Source: a virus
Reading direction: 5' to 3' (one strand)
Length of the DNA: 40,277 nucleotides
Virus record (IMG/VR): IMGVR_UViG_3300031669_000087
Shown one piece after another: positions 15,464 to 21,171 of this stretch. The position numbers and the translations under genes are program-made. Every line of letters begins with the position of its first letter. Positions within the stretch are counted from its first letter, which is position 1. Below the pieces are notes generated by a model that did no database searches, was not told the DNA's origin, and saw nothing but the letters and a program-made list of their open reading frames with translations.

Positions 15464-15524
15464 AAGGGGTGTGGGGCGGATGGTCAGTCAATCCTGGACA
15501 GCCTCAGCGGTAACGAAGTAAGCG

Positions 15525-15755
15525 CTAGGCTGTGCTCTCACCCAAGAGGGCACAGGCTTTGCGGCTCCAGTGGGATTGGGGGTAGTCAAGGATTCGCCGG
15601 GGGCATTGGAAGGAACCAAGGGCCTCCCGCAGGGCTTCCTCTAGTTCGGCGTTCCGCTTCACGGCTACTGCGTGCATGTCGCACCAGTGGTCCCGGTCAT
15701 CACAAGCCTTCTCGTATTCACCTTCTGGATCTTGCAGATTGTCTAGCTGGCACAT
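15525..15755 (-). CDS. Hypothetical protein (76 aa, Cys/His-containing)
   Basis: GAAGGAG RBS. It is the last gene of the leftward early operon. Confidence 0.6.
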   Translation of the reverse strand: MCQLDNLQDPEGEYEKACDDRDHWCDMHAVAVKRNAELEEALREALGSFQCPRRILDYPQSHWSRKACALLGESTA

Positions 15756-15816
15756 GACTGGACTCCTTCACGGTTTGGATTCTGTGTATGAATCGCGGCG
15801 GATCTTGGACATTGGT

Positions 15817-16305
15817 TTATTCCCCAAGATAGAAGAAAGAGCAGAAGGAAAGGAGGGTATCGTGTTCAATATCGTGGAACTCCGTCCAAGGGGTGCTCCA
15901 GTCCTGGTATTCCAGCCAGGCCCGGCGCGGCTGCTGGTATTGGTCCAGTTCACCCTTGATTCTGAGAGCCGGGCCGCCAATGGAGAGAAGGATGATAAAT
16001 CCGTCAGCCGTAGGATCCTCGCCTGGCGTCCATTTTCCCGTCAGTTCCACGCACAGGGCAGACTCCTCGACCTGCTCACGGGCATCATCAGCGGATTCGT
16101 AATCGGAAAGCAGCTTTTCCAGCCGCTCCAGTTCTGCCAGGTCATCGCACCCCATGGGATAATTGGTCCCAGCGCATTCATCCCGTTCCTCCCGCAGTTC
16201 CTCCAATCTTTCCCAGGTCTTAGGATCGGCGGCCGCAACATAGTCCGAGATGGACTCTGCCCAAGCGACGGCATTTTGTTCCGCGCGGTTCGTGTTGGCG
16301 GTCAT
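15817..16305 (-). CDS. Strongly acidic hypothetical protein (162 aa)
   Basis: Many D/E residues (EELREERDECAG..., DDLAELERLEKLLSDYESADDAREQVEE). It has a conserved-looking C-terminal block GGPALRIKGELD...WLEYQDWSTPW. The ATG overlaps the upstream stop (ATGA). Confidence 0.65.
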   Translation of the reverse strand: MTANTNRAEQNAVAWAESISDYVAAADPKTWERLEELREERDECAGTNYPMGCDDLAELERLEKLLSDYESADDAREQVEESALCVELTGKWTPGEDPTADGFIILLSIGGPALRIKGELDQYQQPRRAWLEYQDWSTPWTEFHDIEHDTLLSFCSFFYLGE

Positions 16306-16745
16306 CGGCCACCCCCCAAGATCTCAAACGGAATGCCGTTGGATTGCCAAGGGCGCGGCGCGTAGTCAAACCACGGGCCAGCATTGGAGCAGACGCGGTA
16401 GATGGGGGCCGAATCGTTGCGATACATGGTGGAAAGATCCTGGATATCCACGAAAAGAAAGTGGGAGAAGTCGTCCAGGATGGCCCGCTGGGATTCGGAC
16501 AGTTGCTTGTAGATTTTGGGCAGCTTGAGCCAGGCTAGGCCCTGCTTAGTCTGTTCAGGGGTGATCTGCCAGGCAAAGAGAGACCGGCCACAGTCGTCCC
16601 AGAGGGCGCCTAGGAACGGGGCGTCGTCTGAGGGCCGGTTGCATACCAGCTTGCGGAAGGCCCCGATCTTGGCCTTTTCGATAGGCTGGCCAGCCTGATA
16701 GGACGCGATCCTACGCATCCAGATGCGAGTCAGGGATGTGGTCAT
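16302..16745 (-). CDS. Hypothetical protein (147 aa)
   Basis: Intact ORF with ATGA overlaps at both ends, suggesting it is translationally coupled between the pentapeptide-repeat gene and the acidic gene. Confidence 0.65.
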   Translation of the reverse strand: MTTSLTRIWMRRIASYQAGQPIEKAKIGAFRKLVCNRPSDDAPFLGALWDDCGRSLFAWQITPEQTKQGLAWLKLPKIYKQLSESQRAILDDFSHFLFVDIQDLSTMYRNDSAPIYRVCSNAGPWFDYAPRPWQSNGIPFEILGGGR

Positions 16746-17548
16746 TTGTCACCGTCCTTTGAGAATTTTGCAACCATACGAAGGGCCATGGCGCGGGCAA
16801 ACTCGAAAAGATGCGCGCGCTCCTCTGATGCCTCGGAGCCATCGTCAGGAAATTCTGAGGGATTGCACTGCCTGATGCCAACAGCGTCCCAATCAGAGAC
16901 GGTTTTCCATAGGCAGCCCATGCGAACCCAAGGGGTGCCCACATCTGAGATGATGGCCATGCAGATGTTACGATAATGCGCGGTTAGGAGGCAAAAATCA
17001 GAGACTTTCAGATCGTCCCGGAGATAGGCGCCCTGGAGATTGGCGTCCTGGAGATCGGCGAACCGGAGATCGGCGCCCCGGAGATTGGCGCCCTGGAGAT
17101 TGGCGTCCTGGAGATCGGCGCCCCGGAGATTGGCGCCCCGGAGATCGGCGCCCCGGAGATTGGCGCCCCGGAGATCGGCGCCCCGGAGATTGGCGCCCTG
17201 GAGATTGGCGTCCTGGAGATCGGCGAACCGGAGATCGGCGCCCCGGAGATTGGCGCCCCGGAGATTGGCGCCCTGGAGATTGGCGTCCTGGAGATCGGCG
17301 AACCGGAGATTGGCGCCCTGGAGATTGGCGTCCTGGAGATCGGCGAACCGGAGATCGGCGCCATGGAGATCGGCGCCATGGAGATCGGCGCCACGGAGAT
17401 TGGCACCACGGAGATCGGCGCCATGGAGATCGGCGCCATGGAGATCGGCGCCATGGAGATCGGCCCCCTGGAGATCGGCGCGGATTCCTTTCCTGCTAGC
17501 TGCGAGAATCTTTTCTAGATCCTCAGGTGAAACTTGGCGGTAAGCCAT
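16742..17548 (-). CDS. Pentapeptide-repeat protein (about 31 A(D/N)LXX units) with unique N- and C-terminal extensions
   Basis: ADLHGADLHGADLHGADLRGANLRGADL...ANLQGAYLRD, followed by a non-repeat tail of about 90 aa. I chose the start at ATG 17548 (AAGAGG RBS). The track form starts at TTG 17626. Confidence 0.8.
   Translation of the reverse strand: MAYRQVSPEDLEKILAASRKGIRADLQGADLHGADLHGADLHGADLRGANLRGADLHGADLHGADLRFADLQDANLQGANLRFADLQDANLQGANLRGANLRGADLRFADLQDANLQGANLRGADLRGANLRGADLRGANLRGADLQDANLQGANLRGADLRFADLQDANLQGAYLRDDLKVSDFCLLTAHYRNICMAIISDVGTPWVRMGCLWKTVSDWDAVGIRQCNPSEFPDDGSEASEERAHLFEFARAMALRMVAKFSKDGDK
17020..17484. repeat. Tandem array of 31 x 15-bp units (coding, within the pentapeptide-repeat gene)
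   Basis: The units are ggagat(c/t)ggcg(c/a/t)(c/a)c(c/t/a/g)-type. Many adjacent units are identical or differ at 1 to 3 positions. The array is 465 bp, exactly 31 x 15. Confidence 0.9.
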
Positions 17549-17592
17549 TGGGTACCTCTTCGGTGATGCCAGGATCGGGATTGATCGCTGGA

Positions 17593-17614
17593 GAATAGGC
17601 CCGAAGGCCCATTC
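17593..17614 (-). promoter_or_regulatory. Stable RNA hairpin with UUCG tetraloop upstream of the pentapeptide-repeat gene
   Basis: The minus strand reads GAAUGGGCC-UUCG-GGCCUAUUC: a 9-bp stem with one G-U pair and a UUCG loop. No U-tract follows. Confidence 0.4.
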
Positions 17615-17622
17615 CTCAGGGG

Positions 17623-17844
17623 TCAATCGAAGTATTGGTCTATTTCGTGATCAACAAGAGACGTAGCGCGGTTCCATCCGATCTTCTTGTTTTGAGCTTT
17701 TTTCCATACGCGGTCTAGGGAGTCTTCCAGCTGATCTGCGTCGTCACCTTGCAACCAACGAGTTTTGCCGGATGGGACGTGCTCAAGTTCCAACCCGCAA
17801 CCAATCCGGCGGTAGGTGTATTCGGAGAGTTTTAGGCGGCTCAT
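17623..17844 (-). CDS. Hypothetical protein (73 aa)
   Basis: Intact ORF with a TGAGG RBS. Confidence 0.6.
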   Translation of the reverse strand: MSRLKLSEYTYRRIGCGLELEHVPSGKTRWLQGDDADQLEDSLDRVWKKAQNKKIGWNRATSLVDHEIDQYFD

Positions 17845-17852
17845 AGCAAACC

Positions 17853-18032
17853 TCAGAGAATGACCGAATCATCGGATTCGGCGGGGATGGAGTGGTGGGC
17901 AGTGCGGGAAGGGATGACCCCGCCATTCTCGGATGTCATCGTCTTTCCGAACCAGTTCAGGTCAACCAGCACGGGCAGGCCGGGGAGCCTCGCGTCCTTC
18001 TGGATGGTGAAAGTTGAGGGTAGATTGAGCAT
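17853..18032 (-). CDS. Hypothetical protein (59 aa)
   Basis: MLNLPSTFTIQKDARLPGLPVLVDLNWFGK... with a GAAGG RBS. The ATG at 18032 lies downstream of the upstream stop at 18043. Confidence 0.5.
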   Translation of the reverse strand: MLNLPSTFTIQKDARLPGLPVLVDLNWFGKTMTSENGGVIPSRTAHHSIPAESDDSVIL

Positions 18033-18042
18033 TGACGGGCCT

Positions 18043-18243
18043 TCAGAATCCGAATTCAGCACAGAGGGAGTCAGCGATCCGAGCCAGGCTTTTACGCTGC
18101 TGCCAAGTGAGTGCCCCCTCGTCGAGTGAGGCCGAGTCGAGTGTGGAAACCACTTGGTTGAAATATCGCAGGGCCTGAGGACGGGTCATGTCGTCTGAGG
18201 CTTTGTCGAGCAGCTTGATTGTGATCTGGTTCAGCGTGAGCAT
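18043..18243 (-). CDS. Hypothetical protein (66 aa), first gene of the leftward early operon
   Basis: MLTLNQITIKLLDKASDDMTRPQALRYFNQ... with a GGAGG RBS. The upstream part of the 116-aa track ORF translates the repeat-containing control region. Confidence 0.6.
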   Translation of the reverse strand: MLTLNQITIKLLDKASDDMTRPQALRYFNQVVSTLDSASLDEGALTWQQRKSLARIADSLCAEFGF

Positions 18244-18322
18244 TGGCGGGCCTCCGGTAGGATTACAGGTTAAGCCCTGTTTGCGGGTTCCGCAAGGGGT
18301 AATACAAGAAATATTTTCTGTC

Positions 18323-18383
18323 AGGTTGACGTAAGGTTGTTGAAAGGTGAAAGTAAGGTTCGTGTAAGGTTGCTGAAAGGTTG
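18323..18383. repeat. Six AGGT(T)G motifs at a strict 11-bp period, including two 18-bp direct repeats
   Basis: aggttg at 18323, 18334, 18367 and 18378; aggtga at 18345; aggttc at 18356. gtaaggttgttgaaaggt (18331..18348) and gtaaggttgctgaaaggt (18364..18381) differ at 1 nt. Confidence 0.9.
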
Positions 18384-18395
18384 AGGCAAACACCT

Positions 18396-18863
18396 ATGAG
18401 AGTCGGCCCCGAAGCGATAGCAAAAACGAAAGAGATAATTCAAAGGATAGGTGAAGGAGGAATGCTAAAGCCTCTGTGTAGGGAGGTTGGGCTAAGTCAC
18501 ACTGCGTTTGCCTTAGTGCTGATAGGTGATAGCGAGCTGGTTGCCTCTTACGATCACGCAAAACGTCTCAGGGCAGACCTTGACGTTGACGACATGATCC
18601 GCATCGCTGATGACGTATCACTCAATCCACAGCAGGCGAAAAACTCAATTGATGCCCGTAAGTTCAGGGCATCCAAGCAATATGCGCAAGTCTACGGGGA
18701 CAGGATTGACGTCAATGTATCAGGCACGGTGAACATCGCAGAGACTCTGAGCCTGGCCCGCGGCCGTCTGTTGCCCCGCGCTGAGCAGGACGTGCTGGAT
18801 GCTGAGGTAATTGAGCAGCCCACACTGAGCGTTGAGGCTAAAGAGGATGATATCTTCAGTTAG
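18396..18863 (+). CDS. terS: Terminase small subunit (HTH N-terminus)
   Basis: MRVGPEAIAKTKEIIQRIGEGGMLKPLCREVGLSHTAF... (HTH-like), plus the IDARKFRASKQYAQVYGDRIDV block typical of small terminase subunits. It lies upstream of terL. I chose the start at ATG 18396. Confidence 0.65.
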   Translation: MRVGPEAIAKTKEIIQRIGEGGMLKPLCREVGLSHTAFALVLIGDSELVASYDHAKRLRADLDVDDMIRIADDVSLNPQQAKNSIDARKFRASKQYAQVYGDRIDVNVSGTVNIAETLSLARGRLLPRAEQDVLDAEVIEQPTLSVEAKEDDIFS

Positions 18864-19142
18864 ACTACTAGGCAATAGTTGCGACTTTCGATAAGTGCCA
18901 TTATGTAATATCCCGTTTGAGGAATATAGTTGTTGTAAGTAGCTGGATACACGATAGTTAGTTAAGCTAACGTTTCATAATGTGCGTTGTGACTTCAATG
19001 TGCACTCAGAAGAATACGCGATTTTGGCGGATGGAAAATACAACCATCCCCCCCCTTCAAAGCCGCGCGACGGGGGGCAGGGGGAGGGGGGAGGACCCCA
19101 ATCGCGCCGGCAGCAACGTGTGCGGGCACTGCCACAGACAAA

Positions 19143-19168
19143 TTTTTATTTTTTCTCAAAAATAAAAA
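19143..19168. repeat. Perfect 11-bp A/T-only inverted repeat
   Basis: tttttattttt - tctc - aaaaataaaaa, in the terS-terL spacer. Confidence 0.85.
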
Positions 19169-19200
19169 GTCCTACACTTACCATCGAGGAGCCCGAATCC

Positions 19201-19344
19201 ATGAGCACAGCCTGGTTCGTCCCAATCCAGCCGGTCCCTGAGAAGCCCATCGAGCGCCGCCTGGCAGAAGCCGGCATCATCCTTAACCCCGAGGCGCCTG
19301 CTCCTCAGCCGATCCCCCATCTAGTTCCACTATCCCGTCGCTGA
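19201..19344 (+). CDS. Possible small Pro-rich protein (47 aa)
   Basis: MSTAWFVPIQPVPEKPIERRLAEAGIILNPEAPAPQPIPHLVPLSRR with a GAGGAG RBS. Its stop overlaps the terL ATG (TGATG). Confidence 0.4.
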   Translation: MSTAWFVPIQPVPEKPIERRLAEAGIILNPEAPAPQPIPHLVPLSRR

Positions 19345-20909
19345 TGGCCGCCTCCCAGCCCATCTACGACATGAAGTCCGAGCAGCGGTTGATGCTCGAC
19401 CTCTGGTCACCTGAGATCGTGGATGATCCCCGGAACTTCGTGCGCTACGCCTACCCATGGGGCAGACCGAATACTCCCCTGGCCACGCGGACCGGGCCAC
19501 GCCAGTGGCAGGACCAGGTGTTCAAAGAGGTGAGCGACTACATCAAGGCGGCCAAGACAAGCCTGGAGAAGACGGCCGAACTCCCGAGCATGTTCAAGAA
19601 GGCCATCGCCAGTGGCCGCGGTCCCGGCAAGTCGGCGTTCTTTGCCATGTTCGCGGACTTCCTGGTGTCCACCCGGCTGGGGTCCTCGGTGTGGGTGGCG
19701 GCGAACGGCGAGCCGCAGTTGAAGACGAAGACGTTCCCCGAGATCAGCAAGTGGGTGTCCATGGCGGTGAACGCCCACTGGTTCGACATCAACGCGACGA
19801 ACATCGTGCCGGCCAAGTGGTTCAGCGATATGGTCCAGCGGGACCTGAAGATCGATCCGAAGTATTGGTATATCCAGGCACAGCTGTGGTCCGAGGAGAA
19901 TCCGGATGCGTTCGCTGGCGCTCACAACGTCTACGGTGAGTGCTACCTGTTCGATGAGGCCAGCGGCATTCCACCTCCGATCTGGACGGTGGCGCGCGGC
20001 GTGTTCACCGAGCAGATCGTGGATCGGTATCACTTCGCCTTCTCCAATCCACGGCGCAATGACGGCACGTTCTACGACTGCTTCCACAAGAACGCAGCTG
20101 AGTGGAGGCCTCTCAACATCGACATCCGGACGGTGGAGGACATGGCCTTGGATGAGGCCGAAGCCATCATCAAGGAGTTCGGGCCAGACAGCGACGAAGC
20201 GCGGGTGGAAGTCTATGGGCTGTTCCCGAACCAGGACACGAACCAGTTCATCTCGTTCAGCATGGTGGAGGACGCCATCAGCCGAGAGATCGTGCCGGAT
20301 CCAGGGGCGCCGCTCCTGATGGGGGTGGACGTGGCCCGGAGCCTAGAGCGAGACTCCAGTGTCATCGCCTACCGGAAGGGCCGGGACGCGCGGGTAATCC
20401 CTTGGAAGTCATTCAGGTCCAAGAATACGGTTGAAGTGGCCAGCATGGTAGCGGAAGAGGCGACGACCCATAAGGTGGATGCCATCTTCGTGGACGGTAA
20501 TGGGGTGGGCGGCGGGGTTTGCGACATGCTGAAGACCTGGGGCTATCGGGTCATTGAGGTCCAAGCCGGCGAGGGTGCCAGGGATGACGCGAAATACAAG
20601 AACAAGCGGGCCGAGTTGTGGGGCCTGGGTAAGGTGTGGCTGCCGACGGCGGGGCTGCCCAACCGGGCCAAGTTGAAGACGGATCTCTCAGCCCCCTGGT
20701 TCAAGTTTGACCCGCGGACGAATCAGCTGGTCATTGAGAGCAAGGAAGAGATGTTAAAAAATCGGCAGGTAAAGTCCACCGATGAAGCGGACGCACTCCT
20801 GATGACCTTCGCTCAGCCGGTGGCGCGGAACGACGCTCGGGCCAGCCGGACCTATGTGGGTAACCAGGCAAGAGTTGCCCCAGGGACAGATAGGGCTATC
20901 TTCTCTTGA
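19344..20909 (+). CDS. terL: Terminase large subunit
   Basis: 521 aa. It has a Walker A-like ASGRGPGKSAF, a Walker B-like YLFDEASGI, and a C-terminal nuclease-like region (GVDVARS...FVDGNGVGGGV...DEADAL). Confidence 0.85.
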   Translation: MAASQPIYDMKSEQRLMLDLWSPEIVDDPRNFVRYAYPWGRPNTPLATRTGPRQWQDQVFKEVSDYIKAAKTSLEKTAELPSMFKKAIASGRGPGKSAFFAMFADFLVSTRLGSSVWVAANGEPQLKTKTFPEISKWVSMAVNAHWFDINATNIVPAKWFSDMVQRDLKIDPKYWYIQAQLWSEENPDAFAGAHNVYGECYLFDEASGIPPPIWTVARGVFTEQIVDRYHFAFSNPRRNDGTFYDCFHKNAAEWRPLNIDIRTVEDMALDEAEAIIKEFGPDSDEARVEVYGLFPNQDTNQFISFSMVEDAISREIVPDPGAPLLMGVDVARSLERDSSVIAYRKGRDARVIPWKSFRSKNTVEVASMVAEEATTHKVDAIFVDGNGVGGGVCDMLKTWGYRVIEVQAGEGARDDAKYKNKRAELWGLGKVWLPTAGLPNRAKLKTDLSAPWFKFDPRTNQLVIESKEEMLKNRQVKSTDEADALLMTFAQPVARNDARASRTYVGNQARVAPGTDRAIFS

Positions 20910-20955
20910 CAGAGTGATTCATGCTACGCTTCCCCTTACGGAAGGAGTTGCCCCG

Positions 20956-21162
20956 ATGTCTGGACTGTTCTCGAAGCCCTCTGTTCCCAATCCCCCCGCC
21001 ACACCTCCTCCTGCTCCAACTCAGGCCAACACCAATACCGACATCGCGGCTCAGCAGGAGCTGCTGAAGCTACAGCGGGGCCGCAGCGCCACGCTCATGA
21101 TGGGCGGCGCCGGCGTGCAGACGTCGGCCAACCAGTCGTCCAAGGTGCTGCTGGGTTCGTAG
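20956..21162 (+). CDS. Small conserved virion-module protein (68 aa)
   Basis: MSGLFSKPSVPNPPATPPPAP...LLKLQRGRSATLMMGG with a GAAGGAG RBS, between terL and the portal gene. Confidence 0.55.
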   Translation: MSGLFSKPSVPNPPATPPPAPTQANTNTDIAAQQELLKLQRGRSATLMMGGAGVQTSANQSSKVLLGS

Positions 21163-21171
21163 GAGAACGAG

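Noticed and set aside
15102-15757. ORFs 15102..15359 (-), 15217..15465 (-) and 15341..15757 (+) in the AT-rich island.
   Set aside because: They have no RBS, and their composition is implausible (Phe/Leu/Ser-rich with scattered Cys). They cross the terminator hairpin or run antisense to the 15525..15755 gene. I treat the island as non-coding pending evidence.
17020-17484. Possible CRISPR array, because of the regularly spaced short repeats.
   Set aside because: The units are contiguous 15-mers with no intervening unique spacers, and they lie inside a coding frame. No cas genes or leader are present.
17008-17543. ORFs 17008..17454 (APISG repeats, minus strand) and 17040..17543 (RRSAP/WRLAS repeats, plus strand) in the repeat array.
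   Set aside because: They are alternative frames of the same 15-bp tandem units. Only the A(D/N)LXX frame gives the canonical pentapeptide consensus and continues into non-repeat N- and C-terminal domains with an RBS.
18980-19200. The long forms of ORFs 18982..19344 (120 aa) and 18980..19165 (61 aa) in the terS-terL spacer.
   Set aside because: Their N-terminal parts translate the AT-rich, homopolymer and G-rich tracts (GGQGEGGGPQ...) and have no RBS. Only the last 47 codons (19201..19344) have an RBS and coupling to terL.
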